From: Phoronis australis
Lineage: Eukaryota > Animalia > Phoronida
NCBI GenBank assembly: GCA_002633005.1
Contig: NMRA01000082.1
Coordinates: 655,731-719,730, forward strand
Direction of reading: 5' to 3'
DNA: 64,000 bases
A model generated the notes under the pieces. The model was given only the letters and a program-made list of their open reading frames with translations. It was not told where the DNA came from and ran no database searches. Below, piece by piece: positions 54,201 to 63,930 of the stretch. The stretch's first letter is position 1. Every line of letters begins with the position of its first letter. The position numbers were made by a program, and so were the translations under genes.

Positions 54201-57200
54201 CAAGGTTAAAGCATGTGCTTCCCCAGCTATGAGGTTTTGGACTCTAGATCAAACGTTACCTTTATAACGTCTTATAACACACAGCTTATGGTAAGTGTAA
54301 CTATTGAAGTGAAGAAATAAGCAGTGTATCAGACGTGCGCAGGCCTCATGGTTGGGCCCATGGCACGAAACACCCGAGGTAAATGCACGAGAGCCCCTTT
54401 ATGGTTCTTCGTGAAAAATGTTTCCAAGTCTGCATGTCTCCATTAAGAAGACAGACAGCGCCAGACAATGGAAGTAGGTTATTTACGAGTATTTGTGGTC
54501 TACTAATATTTGACTCACTTGCAACCGCTTTCAGATACTTTATCAACTGTTTTACTCAGTCCTTTTCGTTGCTACTGCAAAAGGAGTCTCGACTGTAATG
54601 AAACGGTACCACCATTAGCATGTACAGAAGGCTGCGTTGGCGGACATTGGCGGAAACCCCCGGAATGTCAGGGAGGTATCAAGTGTTTTGTAGATTGTTT
54701 ATGGCTATAGCTCACGCGTACGTGTACGTGTAGGCGGTGGGACAAGTTCTGCATGTGTTTGGGTCACATTCTTTAAGTGAGCAGAACTTGCCTGGTTCTT
54801 TGTAAGCAATCAGATCTCATAACAATATTTTCTCCAACACTAGCAAACTTACATGAATCAGCGTTGCGTTCTAAGCAGCTAGCATTTAGAATATTGGTAA
54901 AGTGACACCAAGCGGAGGACGCTACACTTCATCTGTGCCCGGAGTCTGACCTTTGTATTCAAAATGAAAGACAAAATTAGTTTTGTCATTGTCTGGATAA
55001 GCTTTGTGCTAACACAAGATAAACATGTGTTTTCTTTTCTTGAGTGTGCTCTTATTGATGACCCCTGTACTCGAACTAGCACAAACTCGAGTACACAGTC
55101 AAGCTTGGAATGATAAACAGAAATTTTAAATTCAGAGTCAAATTGATATCATTAATGCTGATATCATTAATGCTGATATTATCAATTGCAAGCCAAGGAA
55201 AGACACTCATCGATATCAACCAAAACCTACTCGAGCAAGGAATACGTCATACGTGTCTTGAGTTCAAATGTAGAAAGAGATAAGCGATTAGATTTCGGTA
55301 ACAAGTTTTAGACCTCGTGAACTGGACGTAACGTTTGTTGAAGTTTATAACAGTCAAACAGCCACTCCACTCGAAAATTATCAAAATCTGCACTTCATCG
55401 TTGTCTGTTTCAAATTGGGCCTCATCTAACGAAGATGGGGCTGCCTATTATTATAGGCACAAAATAGTGCTTCTGATGAGGTCGCCTAGTATAAATTATC
55501 GCGATTATTAGTCCAAGGATTAAAAAAAGAAATTACACCTTTTTAACCAAAATTACATGTGTTTATTTCATCTCAAGGACATCTGACAAAAGTTAATTTG
55601 ACTTAAGTATTAATCCGCGTAACATAATACCACAGGCATTTATTAGAGATCGTGATCAACATACCTAAATAATGTAAATTTCTTAGGAAATCTTCCAAAA
55701 TCGCTCTTTGGAAAACTCTTCTCCCTTGAGTCTTTTCGTACTAGCTGTTCATGTTCCAGCCTTTGTGCGCATGCCTATAACAAATTAAATAATTCGTGGT
55801 AAAGTACAAGAATGACGAACCAAATTACCTTGATGAGCTTCGCTAACGATAAACTGTTGTATATTTCCTGTTTTTCTTTTGACAAGCAATCCCGATACTC
55901 CAGGAACCACCGGTGCTGCTCGAAAGAACTGAAAATTTAATAAAATTCAAGTTTAAACAATGGAATTGGAATACAGATAGTGGATACGGTCCACCAAATT
56001 CTTACAGAGTGGAACTAAAAGAACTATCGACGAAAGGGAACATGAAGTTTAAAGGCCAGGTAAACTGGTGGGTGGCAAGGTATCTGGTCGCACATTTCAC
56101 ATATTGGCGACAGTTTTACATTATAACGTACGCTGAATTGGACGCCGTCCACGTGTATTGTCGGGCTGGGCTGAAAATACACATGTATGTGGGATGCGAC
56201 AATGCGTGCAGTGAACATCGAGTCACATCGTCGTTTCTCAATGTGTTGAAACCTACACTTTTACCGGGATTTTAGCACATGCATTGGCAGAGGGAATTGT
56301 AAGAAAACGTATTCAACCTAAATGTGACCTTAGTGTTGTGCTTGCATATCATTTGAGCCTGCTTTAGTGATGATTGGCGGACGAACTCTCTGCCACCATG
56401 TGGATTAGTTTCTAAAAGCCGCCCATATTTGGGAAAACACCAAAATTTACATGTAGTTAATTCGATGAAATCGCGACTGAAACACCATACAATTGAAACC
56501 GAGGAAAATTGGACTCTTGTTCATGAAAAACTGAACTGATTATATTTAATATATGTTAAAAAGATTCTGAGAAAACAAGAATTTCTGTTAAACGAAATTG
56601 TCGATTTTCATTTCATAATTTCCATAAATTATAACGGAAAGCTCAAATTGTAATTTTAACTGGGGAACTGGCATGTGAGTAGACAAATTCTGAAATTTAT
56701 TTCGTTCAGGATTCTGTTATGTTAACCTTCAGATAATGAAGAATTTCAAGGCTTATGATTCCGAAGATATTTAGCAACATGCGCGCTCCCAGGGGGGGGG
56801 GGGGGTTCGAACTAGCCCCCCATTATGCGAAGTGAGCAAAAAGGTCCGCTTCAGAGAAACAAAAACTCTGAAAGAGTAGAAAACGAGACAAAAGTCCACT
56901 AAAAAGGCAGGAACTAGAAAACTTAAGCGAATGCACATAGCTCTGTACAAACTTCATTTTTTATTATAGTGAAAGGTCTACATTCTAAAAAAATTTAGCC
57001 CCCATTTTAGGCAAAATGTCTGCATAAGCAAACTTGTTTACTTCCGTTAGGTTGATACTTATCAGACGAAACTCCAATGTTTCCTACCCTAGCGTGCCGT
57101 TCATGATATTTTTCTCGAACACGTAAAATGTATTTAGTAATGGTCACGTCCGGTGTTTAACTTTTAGAACCTGCAGAGGTACATAGGTTCCGTAAAAATA

Positions 57201-60200
57201 ATTCGAAAATCAAGAACATAGGGCCGTACCATCGCTAGAGAAGCAAAAATCTTCGCTTCATCTACAATGCACAACTAATTGCACATTTTAGATTGTATTT
57301 TCTTATTGTACAATCGTGTTTGGAAATAAAAATGGTGAGGTAAACTATGTAATGACGTGAGCTGTTCGTGATGACGTTGTCTTTAAGGAGTAACTTGTTA
57401 TTGGATAGTTTGTATTTTTATTTCAGAAAGAAATCGAACACAAGTCTTTGACGGAAATAGAGGCGACTGGGGCATGGGAGGTCGTGACGTTAAAGGGTGT
57501 GTTAAAGCAGACCAAATATGATGTTCGAGTGTGCTCATTGATCTATCACCAGGATTCAGGATTATTCTCCAGACACACTCCAAAAGCGAGTTTAATAGTT
57601 GAAGCCAGTGAGTTGTCAATTATCCTTTGAATTATACAGTTGCTTTGGACCCTTTTGCAAGAAAGTTCGAACCCTGATCAATACCGCTACAGCTTTCCGT
57701 AAACGCAAAAAAATCGCGAAAACGTAAAATTTGGAAAAGCTTTGCAGGATATCGTCAAACATGAGAAACGAAGCACTTGACAACGTTAGAGTTAATACCT
57801 GTTGTCTTGCATTGTTAGCTAGTTGTCAGTAAATTCTGTATAGAGTTCAACGAGATTGAGGGAAGTGGAAAACAATGAGAATCATGCATAAAATGCGAAA
57901 AATCATACTTGTGGAAACATGCATTCACGTGAGAACAACTTGTTGATAATGCTTTCGTGCACATGGCAAGATCCTGTGATCATAACTATTCGTGAGCATG
58001 TTAACAGATGGACCAGGCACAGGGTGATCAACTCTAAGTCAAAGAATCTCTTAATGTTTTTTTTCTGTGTACTGAGCCTGGGCCCATTGATTCCAGACTT
58101 TCTTTATTTTATTCAAAATACTTCCATGTATATCCCTTGTTTCTGGCCTGTTTTCAGCCTGTTGGGAGTTGAATTTTAGCAACACTTCAAGAGTTAGCTG
58201 GAAGTAAAGTTGAAATACTGAACCTGTGATACGGATCAGGTGTGACATTCGATTACTATATTTTCGCAAATTTGAAATATTTTGATAATTCTTTGTCTAT
58301 TTTAGAGCCTCGTAAGATAAGTACTTTCAGTGAGTTTTTAAACGGTCAAAATCGTCTACAGGACAGGTATATCACTTGGCAACTCAAGACTGTTCATCAG
58401 TTGGTTAGACTGATGCAGGCCTTCTGAATTTCACCTGTGGGGACTATAAAATAATTGTTTCTTCACTCTTCATAACAAGAAACACTGCTGGTTGACATAT
58501 GCTGTAACCATAGGCGGATTTGGGGGGGGGGCCCAGGGGGCCCGCCCCCCCCCCTTGGCTGCCGCAAAAAAAATAAAACAGTAAGAGCGTAGGGAAATGG
58601 TGAGTTTATTAATTAGCCCCGGTAATTAAAATTATACGGATGAAAAACGATTTAAATGTGTGCAGTTTTAGTGTTGGGGCGGGGGGGCTCAAACCCAATT
58701 TCAAGTGTCAAATTCGGAACACGGCGCATTCGCAACGGAACTATGGCTAAGTATAGGATCTCCCGCGATATCCTAGGCGACCGGCAGTGGCGCTGCGCAC
58801 TACGACTCCGTTTCCGTCGTCTGCTCCACTGTGCAATGAAGAAAATTTACTTCACTTTTGAAAGAAAATGGAACCTGAGTGACGATGAAAAAACAGAAGC
58901 TGCTGGTAAGATGTGAATTTTAATCGAAGCCTTAGTGAATCACTCAGAAACTCGCAATACTCTCTTTGTCAAACCTTATCTTAAGACGATTTCCAAAGCA
59001 ATCCCGTCATTATTGCCAACACGAAAAANNNNNNNNNNNNNNNNNNNNNNNNNNNNNNNNNNNNNNNNNNNNNNNNNNNNNNNNNNNNNNNNNNNNNNNN
59101 NNNNNNNNNNNNNNNNNNNNNNNNNNNNNNNNNNNNNNNNNNNNNNNNNNNNNNNNNNNNNNNNNNNNNNNNNNNNNNNNNNNNNNNNNNNNNNNNNNNN
59201 NNNNNNNNNNNNNNNNNNNNNNNNNNNNNNNNNNNNNNNNNNNNNNNNNNNNNNNNNNNNNNNNNNNNNNNNNNNNNNNNNNNNNNNNNNNNNNNNNNNN
59301 NNNNNNNNNNNNNNNNNNNNNNNNNNNNNNNNNNNNNNNNNNNNNNNNNNNNNNNNNNNNNNNNNNNNNNNNNNNNNNNNNNNNNNNNNNNNNNNNNNNN
59401 NNNNNNNNNNNNNNNNNNNNNNNNNNNNNNNNNNNNNNNNNNNNNNNNNNNNNNNNNNNNNNNNNNNNNNNNNNNNNNNNNNNNNNNNNNNNNNNNNNNN
59501 NNNNNNGGGGGGGGGGGGCGGCTTCAGAGAGGCATGGCTGTTAAGCTTGGAAACAATGGAGTGCCCAAAGTTACCCTATGTTATTCAGAATAATACCAGG
59601 TATTTAGTGGGGTTAACTGGTTCTCCAATCAAGGACCTGTAAAACTGTATATTACTACCAAAATAATACCATATCGTGATAACTTCAAATTCAAACAAAG
59701 CAACTCACCAGATCTAACGTGGACGAGCACATTTTTGTTCCTGCAAGTCGACTTTCGAACATTCAACCGACATGCTCGCTTCAGGCTTGGTACGCGAGAT
59801 ACTGCAATGAAATGGAATATTCCACAGTCTCATTTGTTTCCTTCTTATTCCAAGATGAGCCTGGTGTCTTGGACACACAGTCACTTTATGCTGAATCAAG
59901 TGATTGTTATTAAGTTTCACACATGAGCAGAGCACTTCGCACTGTTTCTCCTTTGGACATCCTTTTGACGTTCCACGCACATCATCTACATAATCATAAA
60001 GACGTAAAGCCAATGAACACTGCAAGCAAGGATCGTCAGCCATGTTGTCACTACTGAAGTGACACCTACAGTACTGTTGGACAACGGGTTCAAAAAACGT
60101 GGAAAAACATAAACAAATAGGTCTTAGTTCATGAAAATAAACTACATGTACTACTTAAAAAAATCAATCTAATATATCTACTTAACTGGTGTAATATAGT

Positions 60201-60896
60201 TACTAGGTATGAGCAATTGAGGTAATTTCCACTGAGGTGGCTGTCACTAGCGGGGTCAAAATGTGGAGGAATTGCTTCGTTTACTGCTGACCCCTCTATG
60301 ATTTAAGTCTGGAATTTCAAACTTAGCGGCAGAGTTAATGAAAATGTGTTAACATCTTTATGAACCCAAAGACTTGGTTTAATAAAAAAGAAAAGAATCA
60401 TGATCTTGTGCCAGTAATTTGCTATTGGTGCTTGGTATATCCCCAAAATAGAAGCCCCTGAATTCCCCGTTAACCAAAGCCTTGGATTTTACTGTTTCGT
60501 CTACCATCCAAAAGTAACTACAATGCATTGTATGGTTCAAATCCATGACTTGCGGCTTATCACCCGTCTGAAAATTGTTGCCTGTTGTGAACTGTACTCC
60601 ATTCTTACAGATAGTTTTATGGGTCTATATTATACTTAAACAGATAATTTGAATCATGTTAACGATGTTTGCATTGAACACGTGTCTCTGGTAATACAAT
60701 TTGTTTTGCTAACCAGAAAACTCTCAAGTTCATGATGGGTGGGGAAGCTGGCAGCAATGGGAATCTTGCGGGGGAGATTCGACGACGTACGGATTGGAGT
60801 CGCGTAAACGCGATTGCGATGCCGCGGTGCCCTCATCAGAAACTGAGCTATGTGAAGGCAACATGGACGAATATCGGAAATGTTCACCCTCTAAAG
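30183..60896 (+). CDS. Gene 2 (spliced, 3'-incomplete): secreted or cell-surface protein, SP-EGF-IgV-linker-IgV-FN3-TSP1
   Basis: join(30183-30255,30553-30705,34675-34841,35499-35643,37354-37461,38474-38509,39845-40008,44627-44765,51502-51609,55887-56059,57427-57607,60717-60896). All introns are GT-AG, phases match at every junction, and there are no stops over about 540 aa. Confidence 0.8.
30553..30705 (+). CDS. Gene 2 exon: EGF/laminin-type domain
   Basis: ctttcag / gtaagt. Encodes CTGGRFGFNCTGYCHC...CNPYTGRCFRDGCEPRYIGKYC. Confidence 0.9.
32499..32823 (+). mobile_element. MITE family B (CATAGGCGGATTT ... AGATTCGCCACTG), hAT-like ends
   Basis: Left end matches 58509-58620 and right end matches the reverse complement of 48523-48560. 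Confidence 0.7.
33001..33036. mobile_element. 36-bp fusion of the two termini of the P-like family (putative excision footprint)
   Basis: cagagactataatgcatg + tgtcgtctgtaatctatg, compared with element ends cayagactatagtrcatg and tgttgtctataatctatg. Confidence 0.65.
34152..34195 (+). mobile_element. Helitron-like 3' terminus
   Basis: Perfect 15-bp-arm palindrome accgtcctactggcg-g-cgccagtaggacggt, followed about 9 nt later by ctat(t), a degenerate CTRR. Confidence 0.5.
34675..34841 (+). CDS. Gene 2 exon: IgV-1 part a (A-C strands)
   Basis: tttcag / gtatca, phase 1-0. Contains the B-strand Cys motif EGKTFTFEC. Paralogous to 39845-40008. Confidence 0.8.
35499..35643 (+). CDS. Gene 2 exon: IgV-1 part b (C'-E strands)
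   Basis: cttacag / gtaagt, phase 0-1. Encodes DT...TGRFNV...AKIRIS. Paralogous to 44627-44765. Confidence 0.8.
36040..36600 (+). mobile_element. Penelope-like element 3' fragment (GIY-YIG C-terminus) with degenerate hammerhead-like motif
   Basis: Encodes H...ITR*ELVDSTVIRYIGNDVHRLRILESLLIMFEKPSLNEQLTGTRRTLSLF. CTGAAGA-stem-GAAA at 36565-36590. Confidence 0.7.
37354..37461 (+). CDS. Gene 2 exon: IgV-1 part c (F-G strands)
   Basis: cgcag / gtaagt. LKVEDSGTYRC is the canonical D-x-G-x-Y-x-C motif. Confidence 0.85.
38474..38509 (+). CDS. Gene 2 36-nt linker micro-exon (putative)
   Basis: ttgcag / gtaggt, phase 1-1. Encodes NSDQTGNEAFE. Confidence 0.55.
39845..40008 (+). CDS. Gene 2 exon: IgV-2 part a
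   Basis: ttcatttcag / gtaaga, phase 1-0. Contains EGKSITVEC. Confidence 0.8.
41420..42215 (+). mobile_element. Decayed Penelope-like retroelement (RT C-terminus + GIY-YIG)
   Basis: Encodes VYYKKTHIGRYLDFNSNH...ICSD...NDYP and NVIYEIPCECGELYIG.T.R.LETRIAEH, with stops and frameshifts. Confidence 0.9.
43429..43567. mobile_element. Short GC-rich MITE with CAGTGGCRGAT-type end
   Basis: Ends ccctaaatctgccactg. The left end gacggatccagg is degenerate. Confidence 0.4.
44627..44765 (+). CDS. Gene 2 exon: IgV-2 part b
   Basis: ctacag / gtaatt, phase 0-1. Encodes DT...PTRFKL...AKMTIS. Confidence 0.8.
45121..47330. mobile_element. Decayed Kolobok-like transposon: THAP/transposase remnants (+) and KolX/P2RX7-C-terminal-like remnant (-)
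   Basis: 45121-45330 gives FKFPKDKHLAL*W...KICSDHFEDGCF. About 46460-46550 gives AILF...Q...LPTV. Minus strand 46950-47110 gives NKSMRHVTYRQFQRWVHGHL..IVR.VIP. Ends not resolved. Confidence 0.7.
48523..49400 (-). mobile_element. MITE family B, longer truncated copy
   Basis: Begins CAGTGGCGAATCTA. 48990-49400 is homologous to the reverse complement of 58610-59028. Confidence 0.75.
48759..48824 (-). pseudogene. tRNA-derived (SINE-head-like) segment with Pol III A/B boxes
   Basis: Minus strand TGGTGCAGTGG (A box) ... GAGTTCGAGCC (B box). No complete cloverleaf. Confidence 0.5.
49662..51297. mobile_element. Non-autonomous Kolobok element, TTAA TSD
   Basis: TIR AGGAGCATGCCACCC / GGGTGGCATTCTCCT (14 of 15 match), TTAA on both sides. 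THAP remnant FFRLP...LRKWL...HLRVC on the minus strand and KolX-like start YQFKQEYSDEE on the plus strand. Confidence 0.9.
51502..51609 (+). CDS. Gene 2 exon: IgV-2 part c
   Basis: ccgcag / gtaagt. Encodes LKVEDSGKIRC...EVTFNVV. Same length (108 nt) as 37354-37461. Confidence 0.85.
51690..52155. repeat. Foldback-like element built from inverted arrays of about 21-bp units
   Basis: Units like aagtaattatttgcggcgtaa on the left and their complements on the right. Outer IR ttcttgttttgatg / catcgaacaagaa. Confidence 0.65.
52400..53870 (+). mobile_element. Decayed Ty3/Gypsy internal fragment (Gmr1-like order, integrase directly after the protease region)
   Basis: Encodes ALAVTTRSQTK, then KQVVV...AHES...LGV.K...FYWPGVASEVTRY.RS.DICHR...APL...FKRI..D, then GFPRETVSDRGTQ. 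Confidence 0.85.
55887..56059 (+). CDS. Gene 2 exon: FN3 domain, first half
   Basis: Pyrimidine tract + acaag acceptor and gtaaac donor, phase 1-0. Encodes PILQEPP...WNWNTDSGYGPPNSYRVEL, resembling the Tie/RPTP-type FN3. Confidence 0.75.
56778..57026 (-). mobile_element. MITE family A copy with 5-bp TSD AGCAA
   Basis: Starts catgcgcgctcccag. AGCAA occurs at 56773-56777 and 57027-57031. Confidence 0.75.
57427..57607 (+). CDS. Gene 2 exon: FN3 domain, second half
   Basis: tttcag / gtgagt, phase 0-1. VTLKGVLKQTKYDVRV resembles the FN3 L-x-P-x-T-x-Y-x-V-x-V motif. Confidence 0.75.
58509..59028 (+). mobile_element. MITE family B copy running into the assembly gap
   Basis: Starts CATAGGCGGATTT + G/C runs. 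Homologous to 32499-32610 and 48990-49400. Confidence 0.75.
59029..59506. other. Assembly gap (N run)
   Basis: Run of n characters. Confidence 1.
59714..60043 (-). pseudogene. Cys/His-rich decayed ORF, probably a DNA-transposon N-terminal remnant
   Basis: VCPRHQAHLGIRRK...P.H resembles the ICP.HR..LG..W motif I associate with transposon ORFs. Family not identified. Confidence 0.35.
60717..60896 (+). CDS. Gene 2 exon: thrombospondin type-1 (TSP1) repeat
   Basis: aaccag / gtatgg, phase 1-1. Encodes HDGWGSWQQWESC...ESRKRDC...CEG...EYRKC (WxxWxxWxxC and RxRxC motifs). Confidence 0.8.
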
Positions 60897-61404
60897 GTAT
60901 GGTATGTTTAAAAACGTTGACGAAAAGAAAATACAAACTCTGGACACATCCTGTCCTAAGGTGTGTCATGGTCAGACCATTTTATTCATCTATATATTTT
61001 AATGAGTTTGAAACCTTCTATTAAGCATATATGTTTTGAAACAACCGCTAGTTCGTAACTAGCACGTATTATAAACAGTCACAAGGTAGCCCGGAATACG
61101 TCTAATCCACCCGAAAATGAAAAGACGTTGTAATCTCATGTATATTGAAAGTCTTTGCCAAAAATACATGGAAATCTGCCATAGAACCTCGTGGATATAC
61201 AGGAAAGTGCAAACAAATTGTAATCAGGAGGCAGAGTGATAACTGAATGTGTCCAACAGTCGTTGAAGTTTATTGTCAATTTCATAGAAATACCTTAGAG
61301 GCGAATTTAAATATAATCCTGTAAGGTGCTCAGGAGATACCTGAGCTGACACAACAATACCCACCGCTAGGAGGTTACACCGTACATGTAGTCTTTTACC
61401 AATA

Positions 61405-61589
61405 AGAATATAAATAGGTAACAACAAGAATGGATCAATTGAAATTTTCGGATGTAATAACATCCTTTGTCAACGGAAACAGAAATACATGTACAGACTT
61501 TATTTCTGTTTCTTTTGACAAAGGACGTTATTACATCTGAAAATTTCAGTTGACCCATTCTTGTTGTTTTATTTACCTATTTATATTCT
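61405..61589. repeat. Long imperfect palindrome (about 83-bp arms, 13-nt loop), hairpin MITE
   Basis: agaatataaataggtaa...ggaaacagaaata / tatttctgtttc...ttacctatttatattct. Confidence 0.85.
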
Positions 61590-61819
61590 ACATTTCGTGA
61601 AACAATAGTACCCTTGGGAGGAACTGGATCGCCTTATTTAGTTTCAGATTTATTTTCTTCGTTATTTAACAATAGGAACAAATGAAAATTTCCCACAATC
61701 ACCCTGTCACCCTCACTTCGTTTGGTAAACAGAAAGATGGACACCACTAAGCAGTTTTGGAAACTGTAAAACGGAACAGGTCGGCAAAGATTACGTTGAA
61801 AGTAGCAGGTAGCGTCACC

Positions 61820-62078
61820 TACGCGAGCACCCAGCCTATAATATAGGGGGGGGGGGTAGATTTTTTTCTGTATGTGGACCTTTCGTTGAAAAAAATCGGG
61901 ACTAAATAAACGGGGCACTACTTTCAGACCTCTGCGTTTGCGCATTCCTGCGAATTCCTGTGGACTTTTGTCACGATTTTTTGACTTTTTGTTTCTCTGC
62001 AATTGAAATTTTGCCCACTTCGCCATACGGGTGGGGGGCTCGTTTGAGCCCCCAGAGCCATCCCTGTGTGCGCGTATG
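61820..62078 (+). mobile_element. MITE family A copy with 5-bp TSD TCACC
   Basis: tacgcgagcacccagcc ... ctgtgtgcgcgtatg. TCACC flanks both sides. Confidence 0.75.
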
Positions 62079-62453
62079 TCACCTCTTAATAAGATCTGTA
62101 CCTACTTTCTCATTTCATGAACATCCGTCAAAAACCTACGAAGATACAAAGGCAAAACATGAATAAAAATTAAAATTATCATTATGGAGAACTCCAACAG
62201 TCCGACCCATCTGAAAATTTGCTCATGATATCCTATCTATGATAAGAAAATACATGTATCTGCAAAATTTCACGGCTATCGAGATAGAGGTTTTAGTCGT
62301 ACACCAGCTGATGGACAATCACTTACGTATAAGTATCCGGGCGCATAAAAACGTAACGGCCTCGACAAGAGCATTTCTCAAATGACCTGGAATGGGTTAC
62401 CACGCGACTGCTTAATATCACCTAATACATATAGATTATAAAATGGCGAAGTT

Positions 62454-63258
62454 TTATCCCACGTTATCTAGAGCCCGAGTGGATTTTGGCGTTAGCCCCG
62501 AGGGTGATAATTCTCCAAAATCCACGAAGGCTCTAGATAAGGGGGATAACGACTGAGTACATGTAATAAGCTATTTATACCACATACTGAACGAGAAACA
62601 TTGCAACGAATCGATCTACCTTTCTCGACTCGCCCCGGCTTTGTACTACTTTTTATGTCAGAGGCCCGGGGTCGGAGGTCGTGACCTTTTAAGAAAAGCC
62701 GAGACATTTTTGTAAAATAATGCTTTTACTCGAAACCAATTGAAAAATGAAACAAAAAAGAAATAAAGTGAATCTATAAATTAAGGTTTAGCAACTGTTA
62801 TGGCTTACTACACATTTTATCACGGTAGGCTTCGGTCGGGAATATATCTTCTGCTAAAATAGGTTGCCACTAGTAACTGACTATAATGCTCAAGTCAAAG
62901 GATCCCGACGACACGATACCCGCATTCAAATTGGAGATCGGTGATTTACAAGTGAGAGAACACGAGAGAATATTTTCACTGAATTAAAATATCGGTTTTA
63001 TGAAAATTATGCGTCTTATTTTTCATAGCGTATAATTGTCAGTGCAATGCCCTTTGCTGAACATGTGATTGTTGCGCGTGCTCATTTAAGTAATCGATTT
63101 TCACGTTCGATGACGTCAGCCACTGAGTGGTGTAGTGATAAAGTCGGCGACTTGCAACTGTTGAGGCCCGGGTTCCAATCCGGCCTCGGTTTCCCGTCAC
63201 TAGTGAGATACCTTTATGGGTTGTATCTGCCATTCAAGGCTAATATTGTGGTATAAAT
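62454..63258. mobile_element. Non-autonomous element with terminal hairpin and asymmetric sub-terminal IRs (Crypton- or Helentron-like)
   Basis: Hairpin at 62454-62549. IR atttataccaca (62573-62584) / tgtggtataaat (63247-63258). Confidence 0.6.
63120..63190 (+). pseudogene. tRNA-derived segment (A/B boxes) inside the 62454-63258 element
   Basis: TGGTGTAGTGA ... GGGTTCCAATCC with a ttgcaa loop. Stems are imperfect. Confidence 0.5.
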
Positions 63259-63930
63259 GTACGTAATTTTTGACAATACATGGGCGAATCCCAAAGTAAT
63301 ACAAAGAAAAAATCTTCACGCCTTATAAAACAACTAAATACGCGCCAGCCAAGCAATTCCGGAATTCCGAGAAGCAGTGGCAAGGCTGTGATTGACAAAT
63401 CGGGTGTTGCATGTGTACGTGCACCAAGTTAGAAGGACACGCAAACAACTTCTTAAATGGACCCACCTTCGGCGGCGAATTCCATATCCACGTTCATTCA
63501 AACGAAGACGAACCCCAACTCAAGCTGTGCTGTCTCGAGTTCAATTCAATGTTCACGCGCTGGGAAACCCTGCTGACTGTTACAACTTCAAAGACTATAT
63601 AACAGACTATAACTTGAATATTTGCTACGAATGCTGAATGCATTTTCCAATTGGTCAGCTTAAATAAAACAACGTGTATTAACAAAAAGCAACTGGGTCA
63701 CTTTACATAGCGCAAGCGTGTTTTAAACAGTACACACCATGGATTTTTGCACATTTCGAATTACCGGTGGCCACAGACTAAATGTATGACGTATAATTTA
63801 GTTAAACCCATGTTTATTTTGTGTAATTAGCTCGAAATTTTGATTTTTCTTTCAATTTTGCCAATTTTCACATTTCCCGCCATGTGACGTCATGGGTTGA
63901 ACACAAGAGATCAGTGACTAGCATTGAACA

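Noticed and set aside
55144-55188. 15-bp tandem repeat tgatatcattaatgc (2-3 units)
   Set aside because: An ordinary local duplication with no further structure.
63120-63190. Functional tRNA-Cys gene
   Set aside because: The acceptor and anticodon stems pair poorly and the segment lies inside a repeat, so it is treated as tRNA-derived.
63392-63637. Further gene 2 exons after TSP1
   Set aside because: No recognisable domain or convincing splice pair was found.
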